Assembly: GCA_049975265.1 (NCBI GenBank)
Contig: JBNGDF010000001.1
Coordinates: forward strand, 154,246 to 218,245
DNA: 64,000 nucleotides
Direction of reading: 5' to 3'
Origin: Fidelibacterota bacterium
GTDB taxonomy: Bacteria; Fidelibacterota; UBA2242
Each line of letters starts with the position of its first letter. The stretch's first letter is position 1. Of the stretch, positions 1 through 10,026 are shown one piece after another. The position numbers were made by a program, and so were the translations under genes. Below the pieces are notes generated by a model. That model did not search any database and was not told the DNA's origin. It worked only from the letters and a program-made list of their open reading frames with translations.

Positions 1-503
1 TGCTCATAAGAGTTGCCATAGTAGGGATTGTCCGAATGAGATTTTTCAAGTGATCGGGCTGGTTCGGGAGGTGACATACGCCGGTAGCGGCGCACCATCG
101 TAACCTCTTTGACAAACGGAAGGTCTTTGAGAGAAGATGTTTTTGAGGGATTTATCATTGCCGAATAGGCTTGCAGGGCTCGTGAATAGAACAGAATCCT
201 TCGGCAATCCTTTTCGATGGCGGTGCGAATATGCTGACCCGGAACGGCATTGGAAAAATTCGTCTCATCAGGCGCACCTTTCTGATAAAGCCGGGCTGCA
301 CAGCGCGGGGTGATTTTCAGCGGAGTAAAATCTGCCGTGGTCAATTGGGTTGTATCCAGATAAATCCAGACCTTTTGACAGTCGTTGATGGCTGTCTGGG
401 CGGACAGTGCCGGGGAGAGACAAAGCCAGGCGATCCAGCCGGAGATGAAAACCGCAAATGCGGCTGTGCCAGGATAAAAAATCAGATAGCTGCTGCGTCT
501 CAC
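1..503 (-). CDS. Exported S8 (subtilisin-like) peptidase, N-terminal part (signal peptide and pro-domain); runs off the window
   Basis: Not in the ORF track. Manual translation from GTG at 503 (GTGA overlap with the phoH stop) is open to the edge: MRRSSYLIFYPGTAAFAVFISGWIAWLCLSPALSAQ...KVWIYL...YSRALQAYSA...LPFVKEV...YYGNSYEQ, resembling FCB-type S8 pro-domains. Catalytic domain not in window. Confidence 0.6.
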   Translation of the reverse strand, partial: MRRSSYLIFYPGTAAFAVFISGWIAWLCLSPALSAQTAINDCQKVWIYLDTTQLTTADFTPLKITPRCAARLYQKGAPDETNFSNAVPGQHIRTAIEKDCRRILFYSRALQAYSAMINPSKTSSLKDLPFVKEVTMVRRYRRMSPPEPARSLEKSHSDNPYYGNSYE

Positions 504-1450
504 CGTTCGGTATCTTTGCCGTTATAGGCTTTGATAATATCTTTGACCAATCTGTGGCGAACCACGTCGCCCGGATTGAAGTAGACAAAGTCGATTCCTT
601 CGATATTCTGCAGGATATTTTTTGCTTCAATCAGTCCGGAGCTCTTTTTATCGGGAATATCGATCTGGGTAATATCGCCGGTAATGATGGCTTTGGAATT
701 GGCACCGAGGCGGGTTAGAAACATTTTCATCTGCATGCTGCTGGTATTTTGAGCTTCGTCCAGAATGACGAAAGCGTTGTTCAGGGTGCGACCACGCATA
801 TAGGCAAGGGGCAGAATTTCGATAGTGTGCTGATCGGTGAAGGTTTTCAGTTTTTCAGCAGGGATCATATCGTGCAGGGCGTCATAAAGCGGCGCCAGGT
901 AGGGCTCTATTTTTTCTTTCAGATCGCCGGGAAGAAAACCGAGGCTTTCACCGGCTTCGACGGCAGGGCGGGTCAGGATAATCCGTTTGACTTCATGGTT
1001 GCGCAGCGCGGCAACCGCGATTGCCACCGCCAGATAGGTTTTGCCGGTTCCGGCGGGACCGATTCCGAATACGATATCGTTTTTCAGTGTTGCCCGATAG
1101 TATTTTTCCTGATTGACAGAGCGTGGTTTGATTGTACCGGACTTTTTAAAAAGAATGACAGTCTCCGCCGTGATCTCCTGGTCCAGGGGATGATCGCTCA
1201 GTTCCAGGCTGATCAGCGTTTCTACGTCGGCAGCTTCAACGAAACCTTTCTGGGATGCGGTTAGCATCATTTCACCCAGAATCCGGTTTACCTGTTCAAT
1301 GTGATCCGGCGTGCCCTCCAGGTGAATCTGCGTTCCCCGGGCGAAAATCTTCAGCGGAAATTTATCGGTCAGCATTTTCAGGAAGAGGTCATTGCTTCCC
1401 ATAATCTGGAGCGGATCGATGCCTTTGATGTCTATGGTTTTACGTGTCAT
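500..1450 (-). CDS. phoH: PhoH family ATPase
   Basis: GPAGTGKT, RPAVEAGESLGFLPGD, AYMRGRT, DEAQN, GDITQID motifs. Confidence 0.95.
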   Translation of the reverse strand: MTRKTIDIKGIDPLQIMGSNDLFLKMLTDKFPLKIFARGTQIHLEGTPDHIEQVNRILGEMMLTASQKGFVEAADVETLISLELSDHPLDQEITAETVILFKKSGTIKPRSVNQEKYYRATLKNDIVFGIGPAGTGKTYLAVAIAVAALRNHEVKRIILTRPAVEAGESLGFLPGDLKEKIEPYLAPLYDALHDMIPAEKLKTFTDQHTIEILPLAYMRGRTLNNAFVILDEAQNTSSMQMKMFLTRLGANSKAIITGDITQIDIPDKKSSGLIEAKNILQNIEGIDFVYFNPGDVVRHRLVKDIIKAYNGKDTER

Positions 1451-3222
1451 TCTGCGGTAATTTGCTCGGTTTTCAGCTGAATTCCCAGTTCGTCCAGCTG
1501 TTTTTTATCCACCGGTGATGGACAGCCGTCCATCAACGATGCGGCACTGGTGGTTTTCGGAAAGGCAATGACATCGCGGATATTGTCGGTGCCGGCGAGG
1601 AGCATAACCAGCCGGTCAAATCCCAGGGCGATGCCTCCGTGCGGCGGGGCGCCGAAGGTAAGTGCGTCGAGTAAAAATCCAAATTTTTCCTGCGCTTCTC
1701 TCCGGCTGATTCCCAGCACATCGAACATTTCCTGCTGCATCTCGAGGGTGTGGTTGCGGATGCTGCCGCCGCCGATCTCGTGACCATTAATAACGATGTC
1801 ATAAGCCCGGGCGCGTACCGTTTCGGGCTGCCGGATCAGTTTTTCCCGGTCTTCCGGCAGCGCTGCAGTAAAGGGATGGTGCATAGCCAGGTAACGTTGC
1901 AGGTCATCATCCCATTCCAGCAGCGGAAAGCGGGTCACCCAGAGAGGCTGAAAAACGTTGTCGGGTATCAGATTCATCAGTTTTGCGGAAGCGATGCGTA
2001 AGCGTCCCAGGACCGGATACACAATTTCTGGTTGATCGGCGATGAACAGCAGCAGATCGCCGGGTACCGCGCTGAACGTTTTTATCAAATCTCTCTCATA
2101 GCCTGTCAGGAATTTTGCGATTCCGCTCGCCAGTGTATCTTCGGTGATTTTTACAAATGACAGTCCCTGGGCGCCCCAGTGCCGGACTTTGGCAGTCAGG
2201 TCATCGATATTTTTACGGCTGAACCGGGCTCCGCCGGGGACATTAATAGCGGCTACGGTTCCGTTGTTTTCAAGAACAGATCGAAAGACCTGAAAATCGC
2301 ACCCTGCCAGCGGCTGATTCAGCGTATGAATTTTCATGTCGAACCGCAAATCCGGTTTGTCGGATCCGTACCGTTGCATGGCTTCGTGGTATTCCAATTT
2401 CGGGAAGGATACGGGAAGTTCGACTCGCAGTACGTCTTGGAAAACCTGTCGGAGCATCTCTGTGGTGCTCTGCATGACATCTTCCTCTTCGACAAAGGAC
2501 ATTTCCACATCGATCTGGGTAAATTCCGGCTGGCGATCGGCGCGAAGGTCTTCGTCGCGAAAACATTTAACGATCTGGAAATAGCGATCGAAACCGCCGA
2601 TCATCAGCAGCTGTTTGTAGGTTTGTGGAGATTGCGGCAGAGCATAAAAGCGCCCCTTGTGAATTCGACTGGGGACCAGATAATCCCGGGCGCCTTCGGG
2701 TGTACTTTTCATCAACAGCGGCGTTTCGATTTCCAGGAATTGATGTTCATTATAGTATTTCCGAACACTCTGAGCGGCAGAATGGCGGATTGCCAGGTTG
2801 TGCTGGAGTTCCGCGGTGCGCAGTTCCAGATAGCGATATTTCAAGCGTAAATCCTCGAGCCCGGTGGTGCGGTCGGTAACCAGAAACGGAAGCGTGGCTG
2901 CCCGATTAGAAACCTCGATTTCATGTGCCAGAATGTCGATCTCTCCGGTAGGCATATCGGGATTCAGAGCCTCTTTGGGGCGCCTGCGTACCGTACCTTT
3001 GACTGCGATGACGTCTTCCATTCTAAGACTGTGAGCGATGGTCATCAGACCCGGATCGCTTGCCGGATCGCATACGATCTGGGTGAGACCGTAACGATCC
3101 CGCAGGTCAATAAAAATCAGCCCGCCAAGGTCGCGACGCCGGTTGATCCAGCCGTTCAGAATCACCATCTGTCCCACATGTTCTTTCCGTAATTGACCAC
3201 AGGTTACGCTTCTTTTGAGCAT
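1447..3222 (-). CDS. aspS: Aspartate--tRNA ligase
   Basis: RRRDLGGLIFIDLRD, TPEGARDYLVPSR, FRDEDLRADRQPEFTQ, GAPPHGGIALGFDR. Confidence 0.98.
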   Translation of the reverse strand: MLKRSVTCGQLRKEHVGQMVILNGWINRRRDLGGLIFIDLRDRYGLTQIVCDPASDPGLMTIAHSLRMEDVIAVKGTVRRRPKEALNPDMPTGEIDILAHEIEVSNRAATLPFLVTDRTTGLEDLRLKYRYLELRTAELQHNLAIRHSAAQSVRKYYNEHQFLEIETPLLMKSTPEGARDYLVPSRIHKGRFYALPQSPQTYKQLLMIGGFDRYFQIVKCFRDEDLRADRQPEFTQIDVEMSFVEEEDVMQSTTEMLRQVFQDVLRVELPVSFPKLEYHEAMQRYGSDKPDLRFDMKIHTLNQPLAGCDFQVFRSVLENNGTVAAINVPGGARFSRKNIDDLTAKVRHWGAQGLSFVKITEDTLASGIAKFLTGYERDLIKTFSAVPGDLLLFIADQPEIVYPVLGRLRIASAKLMNLIPDNVFQPLWVTRFPLLEWDDDLQRYLAMHHPFTAALPEDREKLIRQPETVRARAYDIVINGHEIGGGSIRNHTLEMQQEMFDVLGISRREAQEKFGFLLDALTFGAPPHGGIALGFDRLVMLLAGTDNIRDVIAFPKTTSAASLMDGCPSPVDKKQLDELGIQLKTEQITAE

Positions 3223-3231
3223 ACAAATCCT

Positions 3232-5442
3232 TTATTTCTTTTTGGGCAATATCTTATGTTTTCCCGACGAAGATTTGCTCAGAACCTGATACATCTGCCT
3301 GGCTGTTTTGCACGCCAGCAGTTTTTTACGACCCTCTTCGTCAAAAGCCTGACTGATCATAGACATAAAGTGCATATGCGGTGCCGAGGCACTCTCCGGC
3401 GAAAGTGTCAGCACGATGATATTAGCCGGCTTTCCGTCAACGGAATGAAACTCAACTCCCTCCCGCTTGATTCCAATTGCGCAGACCAGCCGATCAACGG
3501 CGTCACAGCGTCCATGGGGAATGGCGATGCCGTACTGAATGCCGGTTGACATGCTTGCCTCCCGCTCGAGGACAGTTTTCCGCGCTAACTCACAATCCTT
3601 TATCAATCCCTGGCTGTTCAGAATGTGCAGCAGTTCGTCAATGATCTCTTCTTTGGTGTCACCCTTAAGTGAGGGGCATAATACACCGGGTGTCAGGTAC
3701 TGAGCCAGATCGCTTCGGATCGGCATTTTGGTCGGGGATTGCTCCTGAATGCGCCGGACAACGGCGGCGCTGTCGATTGGTTTGCGAAGCGCCTTGACCG
3801 TCGTCTCAAATTCGGCGAATACCTCATACATTGCCGTATTGATGTAGGGCACAATACTTTTATCGCAATCAATATTGATGGTATGAAGGTCAACCTCTAC
3901 ACCGATGATCATGTCGTCCTTGCGCAGCTGATAAATCTGGCGGGGCTGGTTCAGGGTGTGGATGTAGAATCCTTCCAATTCAAACAGGTTGAACAGTTTG
4001 CTGGTCATCAGGCTGGCGGTCTGAACATTGGGAAACTGGAAGGAGAGCCGGGTCTCCTCGGTTTTGCGGATCTGCCGCCGGACGCCGCTCTGGTCGTGCC
4101 GGAAAATGGTTACTAGCACAGGCGGTGAAATCAGCGTCGTTATCAGGGTCATCATTACGGCGATTCCAAAAAATTCCGGTGGTAACAGACCCGCCGCCAG
4201 ACCGATGCCGGCGATAATCAACGCCACCTCGCCTCTTGGCAGCATGCCCACCCCGATCCGCAGGGCGCCCCGCAGGTTGAAATTGGCAAAAAGGGTCGGT
4301 ATACCACAGCCGAAAACCTTTGATACAATTGCGCCAAAGGTGTATAAGAGTCCAAACAGCAAAACCGTTTTGGAAGCCAGCAGACGGACATCAACCAGCA
4401 TGCCCATAACGGTGAAAAAGACCGGCACGAGAAAAGAGTAAATCGGTCCCATTTTTTCCATAATCACATGGTTAATATCGGTTTTTGAGAGGGATAATCC
4501 CATAATGTAGGCGCCGATAATCATCGCCAGTCCCGCCTCTTCGAAAAGTCCTGCCAGGACCAGCGCGAATCCCAATGCCATCATGGCGATGGAGGTGCGG
4601 TCATGAAACCATTTCAGCAGGAGACTGATTTTGCGGGAAGCCAGCAGACCGATAATTGTAGCCGCCGCCCAGATACCAAAAGCCTTGACTGAAATAATGC
4701 CGATATGAGCCCAATCGACATAACCTGATTTTGCCGAAGCGGCGACGATTCCGAGACCGATGGCCAGCAGAATGATACCGAGTACGTCATCGATTACCGC
4801 GCCCGCCAGGATGGTCACCCCTTCCGGCGAATCGAGTTGGCGTTGCTCTGATAAAATCCGGGCGGTGATTCCCACCGATGTGGCGGTGGCTATGATCCCC
4901 AGAAACAGGCAGGGAGGCGAAAAAAAGCCCAGCTGGGTTCCGAAGAACCATTTGGATAACCAGATCGTGAGCAGGTCACCGATTATAAAGGAGAAAAGGA
5001 CGCCTCCGATGCCCACAATACCGCCGATGACGGAGTAGCGTAAAAACAGGCGGAAATCGGTCTCCAGTCCGATCATGAACAGCAGCACAATGGATGCCAC
5101 TGTGCTGATTCCGTACAATTCGGGTGATATGGGAAAATTGTTCGAGCTGATTGGAAATATACCCGCCGGAAAGCCGGGCAGCGGAACCGCGCCGAGTAAA
5201 AAGGGTCCGATTAGAATGCCGGCAAACAGTTCACCCAGGACACCGGGCATTTTGAATTTTTCGAAAGATATATTGCCCAGGCGCGCTGCAAACAGAATGA
5301 GCCCCAGTTGTATGACCAGCATCATCATGCGGTGAGTCATAGTGCCCGGGAGGGCGGTTTGAGTGGCAGAGAAGAGATAATCCGAAGCCAGGAGTCCGAC
5401 CATTAATTGCAGGCAACGTTTGGTGAAACGATTTATTTTCAT
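3232..5442 (-). CDS. CPA2 (NapA/Kef-type) cation:proton antiporter fused to a C-terminal PTS EIIA domain
   Basis: LLFMIGLETD, ATSVGIT, AVIDDVLG, PRGEVALI; C-terminal EREASMSTGIQYGIAIPHGR with the EIIA phospho-His. Confidence 0.9.
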   Translation of the reverse strand: MKINRFTKRCLQLMVGLLASDYLFSATQTALPGTMTHRMMMLVIQLGLILFAARLGNISFEKFKMPGVLGELFAGILIGPFLLGAVPLPGFPAGIFPISSNNFPISPELYGISTVASIVLLFMIGLETDFRLFLRYSVIGGIVGIGGVLFSFIIGDLLTIWLSKWFFGTQLGFFSPPCLFLGIIATATSVGITARILSEQRQLDSPEGVTILAGAVIDDVLGIILLAIGLGIVAASAKSGYVDWAHIGIISVKAFGIWAAATIIGLLASRKISLLLKWFHDRTSIAMMALGFALVLAGLFEEAGLAMIIGAYIMGLSLSKTDINHVIMEKMGPIYSFLVPVFFTVMGMLVDVRLLASKTVLLFGLLYTFGAIVSKVFGCGIPTLFANFNLRGALRIGVGMLPRGEVALIIAGIGLAAGLLPPEFFGIAVMMTLITTLISPPVLVTIFRHDQSGVRRQIRKTEETRLSFQFPNVQTASLMTSKLFNLFELEGFYIHTLNQPRQIYQLRKDDMIIGVEVDLHTINIDCDKSIVPYINTAMYEVFAEFETTVKALRKPIDSAAVVRRIQEQSPTKMPIRSDLAQYLTPGVLCPSLKGDTKEEIIDELLHILNSQGLIKDCELARKTVLEREASMSTGIQYGIAIPHGRCDAVDRLVCAIGIKREGVEFHSVDGKPANIIVLTLSPESASAPHMHFMSMISQAFDEEGRKKLLACKTARQMYQVLSKSSSGKHKILPKKK

Positions 5443-5514
5443 TGATTTGTTACATGGTAGCAGCCGCTCGTGCTGTGCGGGATTCGGAACGTGCTACCTG
5501 TATGGAGGTGAAAT

Positions 5515-5859
5515 TTACTCATTTTTTAAATTCATATAGCAGGAGCCTTCGAATTTTGCTCCGTCTTCGATGACTAGTTGTGCCGCTTTGATGTCACCTT
5601 TGAGAACGGCTTTTTCGCCCAAAACAACTTTTCCCGCGGCGTTCACATTACCCTGGATATTGCCGCCGATACTGATGTCCTCGCCGTGCAGATTGCCGCG
5701 GATTCGCGCGGTTGGCGATAGCGTGATGGAATTTTTAGTGCTGATGTCCCCTTCCACCTGTCCGTAAATAATGATATTGCCATCCAGCTGAATATTGCCG
5801 GTGATGCCGGTGTCTTCACCGATAATAGTGTTGATCGTCGAATCTTTTTTCTTATTCAT
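5515..5859 (-). CDS. Bactofilin (polymer-forming cytoskeletal protein, CcmA family)
   Basis: NTIIGEDTGITGNI...GQVEGDI...LVIEDGAKFEGSC beta-helix pattern; start at ATG 5859 after AAGGAG. Confidence 0.93.
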   Translation of the reverse strand: MNKKKDSTINTIIGEDTGITGNIQLDGNIIIYGQVEGDISTKNSITLSPTARIRGNLHGEDISIGGNIQGNVNAAGKVVLGEKAVLKGDIKAAQLVIEDGAKFEGSCYMNLKNE

Positions 5860-5869
5860 GGTCGGCTCC

Positions 5870-6685
5870 TTATTCTCCATAGTTATTGACAGAAATATCG
5901 GCGCGGCGGTAGGAATAGATCATACTCTGGGGATCAATCGGTTTGCCCTCACGCCAGATTTCGAAGTGCAGATGCGGTCCCTGGCTGATGCCGGTATTTC
6001 CCAGAAAGCCGATAATATCGCCCCGCTTGAGATATTGGTGCTCTTCGACGATATTGCGCTGGTTGTGTCCATAGATTGTAAAATAGCCGTTGGGGTGGTA
6101 CAGAATGATCGTGTAGCCCAAATCGTAGGTCCAGTTGGAAAATACCACTACTCCTGAAGCAGAGGCATGAATCGGAACACCCTCCGGAGCGGCAATGTCG
6201 ACCCCGTAATGATTGTCCTGCAACAGAATATGGTCATCAACAAATCCCTGGGTAATATAACCCTCCACCGGCGGATAAATCGGGACATTGTCCAAGTAGC
6301 TGATTTCCACCGATTTTTCCTGGGAATGATTGGTGATTTCCAAAGGCAGGAACATAGAATCGAGGTAGGCGGAATCCAGCGAGGCGATGTTCAGGTCGGT
6401 TCCCAGCACCGAGCGAATATACTGGTCCATCTGACGGATTTTATTGTAATCGCTTAAAATCTTGGTGACCTTCAGGCGGTCCACAATCAGGCGTTCATTC
6501 TCCGCTACCAGATCGTTGTACTGTCTGGCGCGGGGAATCAGATAGACAGCGCCGGTGATAATGAGGATGATAAAGAGTGTCAATAATACCAGCACCGTTT
6601 TGGCGAAAATGGAGCTGAACGTGAGTCGTAGTGGTGTTTCCCGGGCATCGCTGATCAGATGCAGGGTATAGTGTCTTTTTTTCAT
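5870..6685 (-). CDS. Membrane-anchored M23 (LytM) peptidoglycan endopeptidase
   Basis: N-terminal TM helix and coiled coil; HYGVD, YGHN, GPHLHFE zinc motifs. Confidence 0.92.
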   Translation of the reverse strand: MKKRHYTLHLISDARETPLRLTFSSIFAKTVLVLLTLFIILIITGAVYLIPRARQYNDLVAENERLIVDRLKVTKILSDYNKIRQMDQYIRSVLGTDLNIASLDSAYLDSMFLPLEITNHSQEKSVEISYLDNVPIYPPVEGYITQGFVDDHILLQDNHYGVDIAAPEGVPIHASASGVVVFSNWTYDLGYTIILYHPNGYFTIYGHNQRNIVEEHQYLKRGDIIGFLGNTGISQGPHLHFEIWREGKPIDPQSMIYSYRRADISVNNYGE

Positions 6686-7551
6686 TGATTGCGATCCTCG
6701 ATTAATTCGAACAGCTCGACCAGGCGCCCCAGGTCCTCTTTTGAATAGTATTCGATCTCGATAACACCGCGCTCCTTTCCTCTGATTTTTACCCGTGAAC
6801 CGACAATATGCATTAAGCGGTCTTCCAACGGTTTGTACCGTTTGTCGGGCGCCGGTTTTCCGGCGGGCGGCTTTTTCTCCGGAGCGGTGGACATTTTCTT
6901 TACCAGCAGCTCTGTGGCGCGAACGCTCAGGGCGTCGCGCTTGATTTTTCGCCAGAGATTCAGCTGCTGTTCGCGGTTGGGAATGGTGATAATGGGGCGG
7001 GCATGACCAGCGCTGAGTTTCTGGTCTTTCAGGTCCCGCAGAATCTCATCGGGGAGAGACAGCAGACGGAGAGAGTTGGTGATTGTTGAGCGCTCTTTGC
7101 CGACCTTTTGGGCGATATCCTCATGAGACAGGTTAAAGGTATTGATCAGCAGCTGGTAGGCTTGTGCCTCTTCCACAGGATTCAGATTTTCCCGTTGGAT
7201 GTTTTCGATCAGTGCCATCTCCATCATCTCCACATCGCTGGCGACGGGCAGAACGTAGGCGGGGATGCTGTTGTGTTCCAGTTCGATACAGGCGCGCAGG
7301 CGCCGTTCACCGGCAATCAGTTCAAAGCCATTCTCCTTTTGCCGGACAGTAATGGGTTGAATAATGCCCTTTTCACGGATGGACTGCTTTAATTCCTCCA
7401 TTGCCTGGGGATTGAATTCTTTGCGGGGCTGGTTGGGATTCACCTGCACCTTTTCCACTTCGATTTCGGCAATCTGATTGCTGAGATCGATTCCCTGCGG
7501 AAATTCGGGAATAATGGCTCCGAGACCTTTACCGAGTCGTTTGACCGTCAT
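6682..7551 (-). CDS. parB: Chromosome partitioning protein ParB
   Basis: LGKGLGAII, NPNQPRKEF, IAGERRLRA, ENIQRENLNP, HTH with GKERSTITN. Confidence 0.97.
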   Translation of the reverse strand: MTVKRLGKGLGAIIPEFPQGIDLSNQIAEIEVEKVQVNPNQPRKEFNPQAMEELKQSIREKGIIQPITVRQKENGFELIAGERRLRACIELEHNSIPAYVLPVASDVEMMEMALIENIQRENLNPVEEAQAYQLLINTFNLSHEDIAQKVGKERSTITNSLRLLSLPDEILRDLKDQKLSAGHARPIITIPNREQQLNLWRKIKRDALSVRATELLVKKMSTAPEKKPPAGKPAPDKRYKPLEDRLMHIVGSRVKIRGKERGVIEIEYYSKEDLGRLVELFELIEDRNQ

Positions 7552-8305
7552 TTTGCAGTATCTCTCCCACCAGATTCATGTAATCCTGAGCCCCGGCTGC
7601 CGAGGCATCGTAAAGGATGATCGGTTTGCCGAAGCTGGGCGATTCGCCCAGGCGGACATTCCTCCGGATGATAGTGTTATACACTTTTTCTTTGAAATGG
7701 CTGCGAACCTGCTCGGTGACCTCCTGAGAGAGCCGCAGACGGGAATCGTACATCGTAATCAGCACTCCCTCGATCTGCAGGTCGCGGTTTAGATTGCGCT
7801 GAACAAGCCGGATGGTGTTTAACAGCTGTCCTAGCCCTTCCATGGCATAATACTCACACTGGATCGGAATCAGGACCGATTGGGCGGCGGTCAGACTGTT
7901 AATCGTCAATAAACCCAGAGAAGGCGGGCAGTCGATAATGATATATTTATATTCCTTTTTCAGATGACTGATCGCTTTTTTCAAAACAATTTCGCGACTG
8001 ATCATGGAGACCATCTCAATTTCGGCGCCTACCAGTTGTGGCGAAGAGGGTACCACCTCGAGAAAGGGAATTTCCGTGGAATGAATATGCTCGTTGATAT
8101 CTAAACCGTCTACCAGAACATTGTAGATATTTTGGTCGGTGGATTGGTAGTCAATGCCACAGCCGATGGTGGCATTTGCCTGGGGGTCCATGTCGATTAG
8201 CAGGGTATGGACCTCGGACACCGCCAGACCCGCGGCTAGATTGACGGAGGTTGTCGTCTTGCCAACGCCGCCCTTCTGATTGGCGACGGTTATGATTTTT
8301 GTCAC
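7529..8305 (-). CDS. parA: Chromosome partitioning ATPase ParA/Soj
   Basis: NQKGGVGKTT, DMDPQANAT, DCPPSLG, QCEYYAMEG, ESPSFGKP. Confidence 0.97.
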   Translation of the reverse strand: MTKIITVANQKGGVGKTTTSVNLAAGLAVSEVHTLLIDMDPQANATIGCGIDYQSTDQNIYNVLVDGLDINEHIHSTEIPFLEVVPSSPQLVGAEIEMVSMISREIVLKKAISHLKKEYKYIIIDCPPSLGLLTINSLTAAQSVLIPIQCEYYAMEGLGQLLNTIRLVQRNLNRDLQIEGVLITMYDSRLRLSQEVTEQVRSHFKEKVYNTIIRRNVRLGESPSFGKPIILYDASAAGAQDYMNLVGEILQNDGQTTR

Positions 8306-8373
8306 CCGACTTCTCTAAACATAATAATTACAAATAGTTCCAACTTTTTCGACCCACTCTGTAAAGCAAAGCA

Positions 8374-8402
8374 AATTTAATTCTGACCCGTCCTAAAATC
8401 AA
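8374..8402 (-). promoter_or_regulatory. Putative sigma70-type promoter of the parA operon
   Basis: TTGATT-N17-TAAATT on the minus strand upstream of parA. Confidence 0.55.
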
Positions 8403-8414
8403 GGCAAAAGGCGG

Positions 8415-9860
8415 CTACGCTTTTCGCCAGAATTTTGGAACAAAGATTAAAAAAACCGAATAGAATTCCAGCCGTCCGAAAAGCATGCAGGCGATCAAAA
8501 TCCATTTTGTAAATGCCGGCAGACCCAGATAGCTGCCCAGAGGACCGGTTTGCCCGAGTCCCGGACCGACGCCGCCCAGGGTGGTTGCCACGGAAAAAAA
8601 TGCCGTATTCAGGTCTGCGCCGGCAGCCGTCATGAGCATTGAGGCAAGAAAGAAGAACAGCAGATAGATGCCGATGAATACCAGCACGGTCCGGATGGTC
8701 TTATCATCGATAGTGCGGGAATTCAGCCGGACAGGTCGAACGACACGGGGATGAATCATCTGGATCAGTTCGCGGTAGATGCTTTTCATCAGGATGATGA
8801 TGCGGGAATTTTTTATCGCGCCGGTTGTCGAGCCGGGGCAGGCTCCGACGAACATCAGGATGAGCAGGACAATCTGGCTGAGTGGTCGCCATTCTCCGTA
8901 GTCGGCGGTTATAAAACCGGTGGTGGTGTTGATAGATACGGTTTGAAACACACCGTAGCGGAAAGCCTCGGTCAGCCTGTCGTAATGATTCAGGCGCAGA
9001 TCCACAACGATAATGGTTGCACAGCAGAGCATAAAGAGAAAGTAAAATTTCAGAACGCTGCCGAACTGCCGGTGGCTCCGATTGCGTTTAAAAAATACCA
9101 GATAGAGAGAAAAATTGATTCCGGCTAGGAACATAAAGATTGTCACGATTGTCTCGACGTAGGGGCTGTTGTAATGGGCGATGCTGGCGTTACGGGGGGA
9201 GAATCCACCGGTTGGAATCGTCCCCATAGCCGTCAGGGCGGCGTCATACAGCGAGAGTCCGCCCAGCAGCAGGAGCCCCGTCTCAATGACGGTGAGTGCC
9301 AGATAAACGATCCAAAGCAGCCGGGCGGTGTCCTTGATTTTCGGGGTGATCCGCTCCTGAGCGATGGACGACGATTCGAAATTGTAAAGATTGCGGGCAC
9401 TTACATTAATTACAGGCAAAATGACCAGCGCCAGAATGACGATGCCCATGCCGCCGATCCAATGGGTCATGCTGCGCCAGATTAGCAGACTGGCGGGCAG
9501 GGCTTCGATATCCTCCAGCACCGATGCGCCGGTAGTCGTAAACCCGGAGACGCTTTCAAAGAAGGCGTCCAGAAAACCGTGAAAGTAACCAGAAAGTTGG
9601 AAGGGGAGTGCGCCAATTAGTGAGGCGATGAGCCAGCCGAATACAACCATCGCCACGGCTTCGCGTCTTTCGATAATGAGCTCGGCGGGTTTGTTCCAGC
9701 CCAACAACAGTCCGGCTGAGATAGCGATGATAATGGGAAGCAGAAAGATGCGCATCGGAGCATCACCGTTGAGAAGGCTGAATACCAGTGGAATCATCAA
9801 AAAGATACCCAGCACCACCAGCAGTGTACCCAGTAGGGCAAAGAGATGACGAATTCTCAT
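8415..9860 (-). CDS. trkH: TrkH family potassium uptake membrane protein
   Basis: FESVSGFTTTGAS, WIGGMGI, TGGFSP, TTTGF, GSTTGAIK, GRLEF pore-loop motifs. Confidence 0.93.
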   Translation of the reverse strand: MRIRHLFALLGTLLVVLGIFLMIPLVFSLLNGDAPMRIFLLPIIIAISAGLLLGWNKPAELIIERREAVAMVVFGWLIASLIGALPFQLSGYFHGFLDAFFESVSGFTTTGASVLEDIEALPASLLIWRSMTHWIGGMGIVILALVILPVINVSARNLYNFESSSIAQERITPKIKDTARLLWIVYLALTVIETGLLLLGGLSLYDAALTAMGTIPTGGFSPRNASIAHYNSPYVETIVTIFMFLAGINFSLYLVFFKRNRSHRQFGSVLKFYFLFMLCCATIIVVDLRLNHYDRLTEAFRYGVFQTVSINTTTGFITADYGEWRPLSQIVLLILMFVGACPGSTTGAIKNSRIIILMKSIYRELIQMIHPRVVRPVRLNSRTIDDKTIRTVLVFIGIYLLFFFLASMLMTAAGADLNTAFFSVATTLGGVGPGLGQTGPLGSYLGLPAFTKWILIACMLFGRLEFYSVFLIFVPKFWRKA

Positions 9861-10026
9861 AGAATCAACAACAATAAGAAAAGGACAGGTATCATATCAT
9901 TTAAGTTTACTGGATATTTTCCTTCAAAGCAAATCCGGGAATTGGGAAAAAGCCCTTGGAGCTCCGGGTGGATTGTGTATATTTATACGGTTTTATTACA
10001 GCTACCTGTTGCCGGTTATTTTTTGG

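Noticed and set aside
6682..8415. parS site near parAB
   Set aside because: No TGTTTCACGTGAAACA-like palindrome recognised by eye; a motif scan is needed to exclude degenerate sites
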